From the NCBI GenBank assembly GCA_023213395.1, contig CM041465.1, forward strand, positions 82,963,741 to 83,027,740: DNA of 64,000 nt. The letters run 5' to 3'. This stretch comes from Cycas panzhihuaensis. Lineage: Eukaryota; Plantae; Cycadophyta. Both the position numbers and the translations under genes were made by a program. The notes under the pieces were generated by a model that saw only the letters and a list, made by a program, of their open reading frames with translations, searched no databases and had not been told where the DNA came from. Position 1 is the first letter of the stretch; every line of letters starts with the position of its first letter. Below are positions 36,390 through 48,411 of the stretch, one piece after another.

Positions 36390-39300
36390 CTGAGACGCTG
36401 AGTTCTCGCAGCATTGGAGATGAGGATATTGTTGGATGAACTCGTCAGAGTTCCAAGTTGCTTCATCTGTATCACAACCGACCCATTATACCAAGTGCTC
36501 AGAAATAGTGTGAATCTGGAGGCGGCACTAGCGGCTAGCAAGGATTTTATCTGGTGGAATTGTAAGAGTTTACTCCTTTGAGAGAATGGGTAAGGTGGTG
36601 TGGGGTGTAACTTTAGTTTCAAGGTATTTTTTTAGACAAGAAACATGGAAAACGTTATGGATATTGGTGTTCGGGGGGAGTTCAAGGGCATAAGAAACTT
36701 CATCGACTTTGTGGAGGACTTTCTAAGGGCCATAGTAACGAGGGCTTAGTTTATGCCCTTTATGTGACTTAAGAGATTGTTGCTTGTAGGGTTGGAGGCA
36801 GAGGAATACTAGATCTCCAATGTCAAAGGATCGATCAGATCGGTGGCGGTCAGCAAGTTGTTTCATTCGATTTCTAGCAGCGACCAGATTTTGTCGAAGG
36901 GTATGGAGGATTAGGTCCATCTCTTGAAGCTTTTGTTGTATAGAAGTCGTTCAAAAGTTTGTGGCTAGGGTATGGTGGGAAGGGGGGTGGTAGTCATAGA
37001 GAGCTGAAAAAGGGGACATACTGATAACATAATGGTAAGAGGAGTTGTACCAATACTCTGCTAGGGAGAGCCAAGAGAGCCACTTAACTTGGTGTTCAGA
37101 CGCAAAGCAATGTAGATAAGTTTCTAAAGTTTTGTTCGAGACATCAGATTGGCCATCTATTTGCAGGTGGTAGGCAGAACTCATGTTAAATGAGGTTTTG
37201 ATAGCCTTAAAGAGTTCTTTCCAAAAAGAGCTAGTAAACTTGGGGTCTCGATTGCAAACGATTGATGAAGGGAAGTTGTGAAGTCAAAATATGAATTGGA
37301 CATATAGGTCGGCGAGACGAGAGGACATATACGAGGTGTGAACAAGGAGAAAGTGTGAGTGCTTAGTTAATTGATCAATGATTACCCAAATGGAGTCAAA
37401 CCTAGCAGATGGAGGTAAACCCGTGATAAAGTCCATAACAATATTATGCCACTTGCCTTGAGGAATGTTTAGTGGTTGGAGAAGTCCAGGAAGGGCTTTG
37501 GTATCGATTTTATTTCACTAACATGTATCACATTCTAATACGAAAGTGAATATTGTAGTCTTCATATAGGGGCAAAAGAAATCTACACAGATTCGACGAT
37601 AAGTTTTATCAAACTCTGAGTGGCCTTTGAAGGGAGATGAGTGGTATTTTGTTAGGATTCTAGGTATGAATGAGGAGGATGGGTGGAGAAAGATGTGATT
37701 TTGATAGAGTAGATGATTATTAAAGGTTGACCAACCTTTATGGGTGAAAACGTTTTTACTCCAGTTAGGGTAGTCAAGCTGGGCTTGGTTTTCAACCCAT
37801 AGCTTATCAAGCCAAAGGGGTTAGGGTTTGTTTATGACATGGAGGCTCGGGTTGGGGGTACTGTCGTCAGGGTGGAGACATGAAACGACGTTTGCGACTG
37901 TATTGTCTTTGCCTTTTTTATACGATATTGTAAAGTCAAAGACTTGTAGATGGTGAACCCACTTAGCTTGTTCTTCTGATAAGACTAATTGATCTAATAG
38001 ATTATGGAGGCTATGATGATCCATGAGAATAGTGAATTTAGAGCCTAAGAGGTATTGCCACCACTTATCAATAGTGTGGAGAATAGCTTTCATCTCCTTC
38101 TGGTATGTAGAGAGACGGAGCTCATGCTCTTTTAATTTTTGGCTCTTGAATGCAATGGGATGAGGGTCTTGCATTAGGACTGCACCCGGTCCGAATCCCA
38201 AGGCATCACATTCAAGTTGGAAAGGCCGGTTGAAGTCAAGAGTGATGAGGACTGGGGTGAAGGTCATTACGACTTTAAGGTAGAAAAAAGTAGCATCATC
38301 TTTTAGAGACCATTGAAAGGCATCTTTACGAAGGAGGTTGGTTAAGGGGGCTATGAGTGTGGCGTAGTTACGTACAAACCGCTGGTAGAATCTTGTGAGC
38401 CTAAGGAATGCTCATAGTTGGGTAGGGGTGGTGGGTGTTGGCCAAGTTGTGGTGATAGATATTTTATCGGGGCTCACGTGTACCCCTTTTGATGAGATGC
38501 TATGCCCCAAGTATGTGAGTTTAGATTGCCCAAATTCACACTTAGATAATTTTGCATAGAGTTGGTGGTTTTGCAGTATTTGAAGGACAATTTCTAGGTG
38601 TTAGATGTGGTGGTCTAGGCAGACACTATAAATAAGAATGTCATCAAAGAATACTATGACAAATTTTTGGAGGTAGGGGTTGAAGATTTTGTTCATGAGG
38701 GCTTGAAAAGTTGGTGGGGCATTACAAAGGCCAAAGGGCATAAAATGAAACTCAAAGTGGCCATGATGTGTCCAAAACATTGTCTTATGGTAGTCTGCTG
38801 GGGCAATTGGGATTTGGTAGTAACCAGATTGAAGCTCTAGCTTAGAAAAGATGGTCGTGCCATGGATTTCGTCCAACATGTCATCTATGCGAGGGGTGGA
38901 GAACTTATTTTTTATGGTAATTTTGTTTAGCTCTCTATAATCGACATAGAGGTGAAAGGAACCATCTTTCTTCCTAACTAAGACGATTGGAGTTGCATAA
39001 GGGCTTTTGCTAGGTTGGATTATGCCCATGTCGAGGAGCTCGGTTGTGAGTTTCTCGATTTCGTTCTTTTGCAAGTATGAGTTACGGTAGGGTCTTAGGC
39101 TGATAAGGTCATGATTGGATTGGTAGGTCAATTGTATAATAGAAGCCACGATCACGTGGGGTAGTAGTGGGTAGAGGAGCAAAGACCTATTTGTATTGGG
39201 TAATGATGTCTTGGATGCATGGGTGAATTTGCAGTTCGATTTGAATATTATTGAGGTAGACTATGTATCCTAGGTGGGATTGAAGATGGCGTTTCATACA

Positions 39301-40970
39301 TCCAAGAGAAACCAATTGGTTAGGGGGAGACTACATCCCATAAATTTTGTGATTTCAACCCATTTAGTCTTTGAAAGCGATGAATGGGTTGGTAGGTGAG
39401 TTATTTGTACTGTAAGTTCCTAGAGTTTGTAACCATTGAATCCTCAAGATAGCATCAGACCCTCCTATTGATAAGGCATAGAAATTTGACACCAACAGAT
39501 AGGAGCCAATTTGGACTTGTAGTTTTTTAATAACACCAACGTAGTGGAGTTGCTGGTACCCTGGCAGAGAACAGGTGAAGCTAGTTTTTGGTACTATATA
39601 TAGGTTGAGTTGTCGGGCTATAGAGATATTAATGAAATTGAGTGACATGCCACCATCGATCAAGATAGACATTGGAGTTTTGGACGAATGCCACAGACAT
39701 GTAGGGGTTCAGGGCAAGAGGAGGTGTTGACAGTGGATAGGGATACTTCAGAGTGAGGGTCTGGGGTAGAGTCATCATGGGTGTCATCTTCAAGCTCGTG
39801 TTTAGAGTAAAAGTCAAAGGGTTCATCAAAGGATAGGGATGGGTCAATGGAAAAAACCATGCGTTGCGCCTTACAGATGTGGTTATGTCCAAAAGTCCAC
39901 TTTTCTGCACACTGCATATAGAGGATGGCCTCTAGACGATGTTGTGCTTCGGCTTGGGAAATTTAGACTCTTTTGGTAGATGAGTCATTGTTTTGATGAT
40001 CGGTAGTTGGGCAGGTGGTATCATCCTATTGCGGTCGAGGACGTGCAAAGTCAGCTTGAGGACAGGTAGCGTCATCAAATCAAGGCCGCTATTGGTGGAA
40101 GTCTAATTGTTGAGTGCGTGAGAACCAAGTGTTATCCCGATGAATCATTGAGGGTTTATCTACCATAAATTCGGCCTCTAGTGATCGAGCCCACTTGAAT
40201 GCATCCTTGATGGAGTAGATTGCCATTGTCTTTAGTCTCATCTAAATGCAATCTTGAAGTCCCACCACATATATATCAATTATTGTTTGTTTATCCAAGT
40301 TTTAGCTTTGTGGCGGGAGATTGTAGAAAGCTTGAAATTCGTTAGTATAAGCCTCCATTGTTGTAGTCTATTTAAGCTAAGTAAATTGCCTGAAGAAAGA
40401 TTGACTCCATATATCCTCGTATTATTCAATGAAACAGCTGGTGAAGTGGGACCATATTAAGTGGGAGGGATATTCTCGTTTCCACCAGTTGAACCAATGG
40501 TGGGCTTGTCCATCTAAGTGGTTGGAAGCATATAAGAGTTGATCCTCCTCAGACATTGGGTGGAGTGTGAAATAGGATTCTAACTTGTTAATCCAACTTT
40601 GAGTACATTTCCTATTCACGTTCGGATTGAAAGTAGGAATGTTGATTTTATGAAAGAAATGTTGTCTTGGTGGAGAACCTCCTATAGTTGCATTGCTTCC
40701 TTGAAAAGGGAGAGGTTGGTTGCCTGTAGTATGAGAAGTGCCTATGCTGTGGAGAGGGGATTGTAATGACTGCTAGATTTGTGCCATGATTCCTTTTTTT
40801 GTTCTCTTGAGATCTGATTTGGAAGGTATGTTCTCGAACTTACTGGTGACATATTGCTTGAAGTTCTCTGTATCTAGCTTGAAGTTGTTGAATTTAATGG
40901 TTAACTCATTAATTCTTTCTCCTTGAGTTTTTTCCATTGGAGTTGTAGAAGGGGCTTGCAGAAGCGACAA
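36390..40970 (-). pseudogene. gag-pol of F
   Basis: WINKLESYF...LDGQAHHWF gag, LIDGGMSLNFI protease, YVDYRELN and FFDDILIYS RT, LECDALGFG RH, LSPRYYGP integrase, DEATW chromodomain. Confidence 0.93.
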
Positions 40971-41478
40971 ATAGTAGAAAGAAGAGGAATGGACGAAGTG
41001 GGACAGACCAAGAAAGAATGAGATATAAGGACAAGGGAGTTGTTATGAGAGAGAGGGGAGGTAAAATGGGGGGGGAGTAAGGTGTTTATAGCCTGTTGAC
41101 CCCAAAATTTATATAAACAAGATATTGGGCCCACTAAAAAGAGTGCAGAAGGCTCATCTAAATGGAGTATATGAAATTTAAGGTGAATTTTGGGTGGCGG
41201 GGCCCATCAATGCCCTAGGTACTGAAAAACATGAAAATTGCTAACACGAACTAACTTAGTGCAAACTGGCCAACACGATGTGTTGATCAAAATAAAGTAT
41301 ATGAGTTATAGGGGTAATTGTTTTAGTTATGAACTTACACCGTGAAGAGTGACTAAGTGGAGTTTTTTTTTTTTTCTTTTGCTTCTTTTCCTTCTTCTTC
41401 TTCTTTCCTCTCTTTTTTTAATTTTTGGGAAGACTGACTACTCTGACAGGTTTTGAATTCAGGCAGTAAGTAGAAACT

Positions 41479-41480
<2 letters not shown>

Positions 41481-41509
<29 letters not shown>
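41481..41509. repeat. (TC)n microsatellite in the 5' leader of F
   Basis: Direct reading. Confidence 0.95.
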
Positions 41510-41512
<3 letters not shown>

Positions 41513-42309
41513 ATATGCAGTGGCTTACGATCTTAATTAGAAAATAGAGCAGGTGAAGTAGGGTGAAAATGATCAGAGATGTCCTGCCAACTACTAGACA
41601 AGGTGTGCTTGGTCTTATAGGCCTACCAATAAATTTCTAATGCAGAAGTTCAGGGTAGGTAGCTTTGTGGCGTTAACTGCTAACCACTGCACTACAAGAC
41701 TTAAACGACTGATAGTTTACCTATGCTAGGGAGGATTTGGGATCCTAAAGGGGTTCTCCTATATACCTGAAGGTACGTGGAGGTGCACTTTCGTAGCCAG
41801 GTTTTGTCTAGGGCTTGGTTCAGGAGTGTTATCTCCAGTCCTTCATGCAAGGGGTGGAAAAGCCATGATGTCTTAGCCAGAACAACAGATCCCTGTGATT
41901 ATTTAAAGACCCCAGATACAGGGTCTCTACCTAACTACTTTGGTAGCTACCGAGTAGTGTTATCTACCTGAGAAAGAGAGGAGGGAGGGAGAAAGGGTAG
42001 TCACCCAGTGGTGTTATCTACCATTGGGATACAACTCAATGCAGAAATTGAAATTAAAAAATGTATACAAAAAACTTGATGAAAAGCAGAAAAATAAATT
42101 ACTGGCATTACCTGGGGGAAGAAATTCCCCTTCCCTCACGACTCCTGAGTTGTTTTGGTACCATTCCTCAATCTCCGTGGAGGGAGTACTAAGCAAAGGA
42201 CTTTCCTCGATCTATACTTGGATAGAGAGAATACCCAATCTGATAGAGAAAAAAAACATTGATTTTTTGGGCAACTTCCCACGATCGCGAATGCGGCTCT
42301 GATACTACT

Positions 42310-42644
42310 TGGAGTGTTTCCTCTTAGAAATTCGACCTTGTAGATGCAGACCAACAAAAGTAAAGCCAAAATAACACAAGTTCGCAAACAGATCACCAAA
42401 AGGGAGCACCGAAGTACTTTCTCTTTAATATAACAATACTCAATAATCCTTACAAGTAGAGCTCGACCCTTTAAATAAGCATGTGAAGGTCTTCTTCCTT
42501 ATGATATTATTGGTGGCCCTAGTGACCTTACATCTTATTGGACAACTTAACGGTCCATACACAAATCTTAATAGCTAACATCAATCCTTAACCTTTTGGT
42601 AACTCTCGATTGCTAGTGCTTAGAAAAGGTGGGGTTACATTACA
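42310..42644 (-). repeat. 5' LTR of F
   Basis: Direct repeat of 36044-36378. Confidence 0.93.
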
Positions 42645-44900
42645 CTTACACACCTCAACAAAATGGAGTTGTTGAGCGTATGAATTGGACTTTGATTAGC
42701 AAAAGCAAAGCCATGCTTATTGCAAAAAAAAATTGGAACTTCAATTATGGGATGAAGCCCTTAACATAACTACTTATCTCAGAAATCAAAGTCTAATCAA
42801 GACAATTTTAAATATTATACCCAAGGAGGCTTCGTCACATCAAAAACCTATGGTCTCATATTTGTGCACCTTCGATTGTACAACATATATTCTTATATTA
42901 AAAGAACAAAGAAAAAAGTTGGATGACAAAAGCAGGAAATGTATTTTCATTAGCTACCAGCCTAGTTGCAAAGCCTACAAACTTTATGATCTTGCTACTA
43001 AGCAAATGTATATATCTCAGAATGTAATTTTTTCAGAAGAGAACCGGGACTTGAACATGACTCAACTTTCATTTTCTAATGAACAATTTGCAGTAACTCG
43101 GTTCCACCTGCTACTACACAGAATGTTCCTACAGTTCAATTGCCTCCATCATCATCATATACACCTGGTACTACATCTGCACTCCCGCCTCTACTTCAAC
43201 ACTCACTTTACTAATTTCTTCAAAAGATGTTCAAGAAGAGGTCATTTCAAAGCAACTTCCCAAATGGTACTTGTAGACTATCTTTTCCGCTCTATCATCT
43301 CTACAACAATCAATGAAGCAATCCAAGTACATGTCATCCACCAACTTTGCTTTAATGGCAAAAGTATTATCATCTCTTGAATCTACCACTTTTGAAGAAG
43401 TTGTTGGAGATCAAAAGTGGCAAGCAACCATGAATGAGGAAATGGATTTCATTTTGCTAAGTAACACTTGGGAGCTAGTTGAGTTGCCAGATGGAAAGAA
43501 ACCAATTGATTGCTAATGGATTTATGAAACAAAATTTCATACAGAATTCTTTATTCAATGCTCAAAGCACGATTGATTTCCAAAGGTTTCAAATAGATTG
43601 AGGGCATCGATTATGATGAGACATTTGCCCCTATTGCCAATAACCACTATGAGGCTTGTTTTGGTTTTAGCAACTCAATTTAATTGGCATGTTTTCCAGA
43701 TGGATGTGAAAAGCATATTTTTAAATGGCGACTTATGGGAGGACGTTTACCTAAATCAACCTCCTGGCTATGGTGGAAAAGAACATCTAGTTTGCAAATT
43801 GAAGAAGGCTTTTTATAGCCTTAAACAATCACCTCATGCTTGGTACGCGAAGATAGATGAGTATTTTCAGAAGCATGAACTTGTATGTTCATCCTCGGAT
43901 CCCAATTTGTACATCAGAATTCAAGATAACTTGATCACTCTAGTTGTGTTGTATGTTGATGATTTGCTAATAACAAGTAATGACATAAAGTGGATTTCAT
44001 ATCTTCAAGGAGAATTAAATAGCAACTTTGAGATGACTGACCTTAGGTTGCTCCACTATTTTCTTGGCATAAAAGTCTTAATAGTATCCAGGTCACATCT
44101 TCTTTTTATAGTCCAAATATACAATGGAGATTTTTCAGAAGTTCATAATGGAGGAATGTAATCCATTGCCAACCCATATGGAGACTGGACTTAAGCTGAA
44201 TATTGATGAGCATGGTAAACTTGTCAATCTCACTTTGTATAAGTAACTTGTGGGGAAATTAATTTACGTCACGCATACTTGACTAGATATTTCATATGTT
44301 GTTGGGATCCACTCTAGGTTTATGACACAACCCAAGATTTCACACTGGAAAGCAGCTTATGTAGATCTTGAGATATCTTCGAGGTTCACTTCAATTTAGA
44401 CTTGATTACTGCTAGGTGGATAATCCTTCTTTAACAGGTCACACGGATGCTGATTGGGTTGGTTGCAAGGATAATCGTAGATCAACCTTAGGCTATTGCT
44501 TTAACCTAGGTTCTACCTCTATTTTATGAAGTTGTAAAAGCAGCCAAATGTCACCTTGTTCTCTACTGAAGCAGAATACGAAGTTGTACTTAGTGTAGTT
44601 ACAGAGGCTATTTAGTTAAGAAGGATTTTTTAAGAGTTTGGTGTTAGTCAAACGCAAATTACTACCCTCTTCTATGACAATCAGAGTGTCCTCAAATTAA
44701 CTAAGAATCCTATACTCCATGTGAGAACAAAGCATATCCAGGTTCATCATTGCTTCATTAGGAAGCATGTTCAAGATTGTGAGATTGATTTGATTTACAA
44801 GCCGATCGACGAACATATTGTTGATATCTTCATCAAAGCACTTAATCGTGACAAATTCAAACTGCTCAACATGGCCTCAGAATCAGAATTAATGAGCTTA
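42645..44900 (+). pseudogene. copia E integrase C-terminal part, RT and RNase H
   Basis: Resumes at YTPQQNGVVERMN. Contains KLDDKSRKCIF, NTWELVELP and YVDD. Confidence 0.92.
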
Positions 44901-47137
44901 TCATTAAAGGGGGATGATGGAAGAATTAATGATGCATTTATTAATTTAACTTTGACTATGTGTAAATACATTGTACTTTTGTAAATATAAAGTCATGTTA
45001 CTTTATCAACTTAGTGTGATAAAATACATTGTAAATATATTTATGTTAGTGGTTAGTCATCACTTGATGTTTTGAGCCTAATGTTCGTAGGGTTATATAT
45101 GCCCACACCTCATTGTAACATACATGTAATATTGATCATACAAAGTGCCAAATATCACCTTGCATGATCAACTCTTTGCATACCCTCTTGCCTCTTTCAT
45201 AACTATTTATTTTGGTATATATATGAGGCAACACTTATGTAATATCACGAAGTATGAATGAATGTTCAAGATATTGATTCTGGTGGCATAAGTAATTTGG
45301 TCCCCTCATCTTTGTTGGTTGCTTTTCTCTATATTCTTCGTGTGTTTTGAACTTTACTAGAAGGTAGCATGAATGCCTCTTCCTTCATAGGGGATTTTGT
45401 AAAGAGGTAATAATTTGAATTTTGGAGGCCTGCAAAAATATGGTCATAAAGATCATGTAATAGAAACTGCATAATATGAGAAGGAATGTGTGAGTTGTGG
45501 CCCGATAAGGTGGTCAACAATAAATTGATACGTGTGAGAAATAGGGACAAAAGAGGTATATAGTGAGAGGCACATGAGATTTTGAGATTGATTTGATAAG
45601 GGATTATGATAATTAATGGGTTGGTTAGACAACTAGAGATCTTAGGGAAATAAAATAGATGCAGAATTAGTGTAGTCACTCTTTATGGGAAACAAGTTTT
45701 AAAAGAGGTTTAGAGACAGGGGAAGGACTAGATGATGGACTTAATGGAAAAGTAGAGTGTTAGTTGTAAGGTAACTTGGGAAAGGAGGATAAAGGTAGCA
45801 AAGGTTTGTTAGAAAGCTAAAGAAGTGTTGTCATAGAAATTGGATGAAGCTGAACCAAGATTTATCCTACAACAAATTGGGAATTGGGAATTTTAAGTGC
45901 GGGGTAATTTTGCTCATAGGATGGAAGAATTTTTGAAGCAATGCTATGAGTGAATTCAATGGGAGCAGTAAAGTTATCGAAGGAAATGGACATGTGCAAC
46001 ATATGATTAGGGACAATATCAAATACTTTGTTGGATTCACTTGATTTAAGGGACTCTTCCTTGGGCTGCTTAGGACCTTCTTCATAGAATTAAATGGGTT
46101 CTCCTTGCTCTATTAAATCCTACTCTTCTTCATAGTGTCGGGTGGCTAAATTCTATTTGGATTCTTCTTCAAGGTGCTCAATCTTCACTTCCATCTGCTT
46201 AGTATCTTCAGTCTTGTTGGACTCTTGCACTTGAGTTTATTCTTTTTCATGTCCCTGCACAACTTCCAAAATTTCCCTATCAAGGGTCTATTCTTCCTTT
46301 TCTTCTATTAGTTCATCTACTTGCTTCAATTCTTTGGCATCTTCACATTGTTGGTATGCCGGTTGATATTGATGTGCTTCCTCTTCTTTTTGAGCTTTGT
46401 TATATGTTAATTTTTGGTGCCTGTTTTCTGCACACTCTTGAGTTGGGTCATTTTGAATTCTTGTCTTGCTCCCATCAATCAAGTACTACAAGAAATGAAA
46501 CTCGAAACCAAAACCAGTTGCTAAGTATTTTGTCGCTATACTTGGAATATGTAGTCTGTTTCCACACCTTTTAAAAATTGTCACATATCGCATCTTGTAA
46601 GAAATACCAGTTGTAATGTTTTCTATTTTGATAATTTTTTTCCCACCAATAAAACCAATTAATTGCTCGTCCTGATAGATGTTGAGATGGATAGAGAAAC
46701 TTTTCTTCTTCTAATGTTGAATAAATGTTGAAATAGGTGTTTAATATTATTATCCATTATATCACCTTTATTCCTTCATCAAGATGTTATTCTTTTAAAG
46801 AAATCTATATGTTATTAGCTATCTTAAATAACTCAATTGACATTGATTGTTAGTCCAATAAATTCTTTTATATAATTTCAAATAATAATTTCTCTTCCAA
46901 ATATTTATAAAGAATATTCATATAATAATTTATTTTAAAATTTTTTAAATAAAAAATTCAAATAACCTAACCAAAATTTGAATCAAATACTTGTAATAAA
47001 AATTATAAACAAAAATATCTAAATATCATCTTTATATATATATAAAATTATAATTTATCCCCTTTAAAATTTAATATGTAGTCATCTAAATTAATATATA
47101 ACCAACTATTGATAACGAGAGATGTAAACTTCAAAAA

Positions 47138-47359
47138 TATAATCAATATAATTTAATAAAGATCTTATAACATAAAATATTTTTTCAAACGTTTCACGCG
47201 CGTGGTCTTCGGTTTTTTTTTGGGTTATAGCCGCGGTTGGACAAGCGTTATAATCAATATAATTTAATAAAGATCTTATAACATAAAATATTTTTTCAGA
47301 CGTTTCACGCGCGTGGTCTTCGGTTCTTTTTTGGGTTATAGCCGCGGTTGGACAAGCGT
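47138..47359. repeat. Near-perfect 111-bp tandem duplication containing CGCG boxes
   Basis: TATAATCAATAT...CACGCGCGTG...CCGCGGTTGGACAAGCGT occurs twice. Confidence 0.95.
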
Positions 47360-48399
47360 TTCAAGTGTGGGGTTTCTATTTTCTTCTCTGCTGGGGTATA
47401 GTTGCTCTTGAACAAGCGTCAGCCCGTTGCTAGGGAATTGGCGACCAACTTATCTAAACACCTCAAATGAAGGAGATATCGATGTCGCCGTGTCGCCCTA
47501 CAATGTTTCATAAGCGTCTTGTCTGGGGGTTGGAGACCAGCGTTCAGTGAATCGAATCCCTGAACTCACCTGATTTTTGCCAACCCTGCTTGGTGTTTTT
47601 ATCCTCTTATGCGGTTCCTTTTGTGACTGTATGGCTCCACTGTTATTCACCAGAATTTTGATTGCTCATTCCATTGGACTCATCGCTACAGTGTGGGATT
47701 CCTCCACTAGGCATCTTGAAATGTCCCCTTGGGATACCCGCGCTTGCAGTAATCCAGCTTTGTGGCTTGACGTGCCTTCTCCCCTAGGGACCTTTTCTTT
47801 GCTTCTCTTGCAGGTGTTCATGGTGATCTTCATGATGCGTCTTTCCACGTCATGCTGATCTTTGTGATGCGCCTCTCCATGTCAAGCTATTGCCATTGTA
47901 ACTTCCTTGAGAACCTCAAGATAAGCTTTCCACAGACTGTCTTCGAGATGTTTGCTTTCCAGAATGGACGACGGCCTATGTGATGATGCTCGCCTCCCAG
48001 ACACGATCTCCTCCCGGAATATGAATATGTCTGACGGCATAAGAATATGCCCACATGAAAACTATGGATTATTTTAGAAAAAGGTGCTTGCACAAAATGA
48101 TATAGTCTGCGCTCCACAACTAAGACATATATCCTCTATTATAACGGGGTTGCGCAGATCTGTATTCTCTCTCTCTTTCGTTGTTGACCGCTCCACAGTT
48201 TTAAAATGATAGAAGTCAACACAATCCAATACTAACTGAATAGGTATTTGGTCGAAATGTCCTTGTAAACAAAGAACTCTTCCTATGAATAGTAATAATG
48301 GTGATATGATAAGTCCATGCATTGTAGACGCAACTCTGATTCAAGACAGAGCTGTGAAAATTTTAACTGCCAACAACAAATTGTTTTCTAAGTTTCTTT

Positions 48400-48411
48400 G
48401 CTCTAATACCA
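48400..48411 (-). promoter_or_regulatory. Orphan iMet-type PBS next to a TG LTR-like edge (48414)
   Basis: Minus strand TGGTATTAGAGC. Confidence 0.45.

Larger units (their letters stand above)
36044..42644 (-). mobile_element. Full-length chromoviral Ty3/gypsy element F nested in copia E integrase
   Basis: 335-bp LTRs at 36044-36378 and 42310-42644, TSD TTTAC/CTTAC, iMet-type PBS (TAGTATCAGAGCC, 42295-42307), PPT GAGGGAGGGA (36381-36390). Domain order gag-PR-RT-RH-INT-chromodomain. Confidence 0.95.
32600..45200 (+). mobile_element. Ty1/copia retrotransposon E, decayed, interrupted by F; 5' LTR not found, both ends approximate
   Basis: gag at 34034 (KLSGSDNFLAWK), protease WLIDSRVSHHM, INT (CEACV, VRSDIFGP) interrupted at PYTPQQNG, RT (QMDVKSIFLNGDL, LYVDDLLI), RH (RTKHIQVHHCFIR). 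PPT AAAGGGGGA at 44906-44914, then an LTR starting TG at 44915. Confidence 0.88.
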
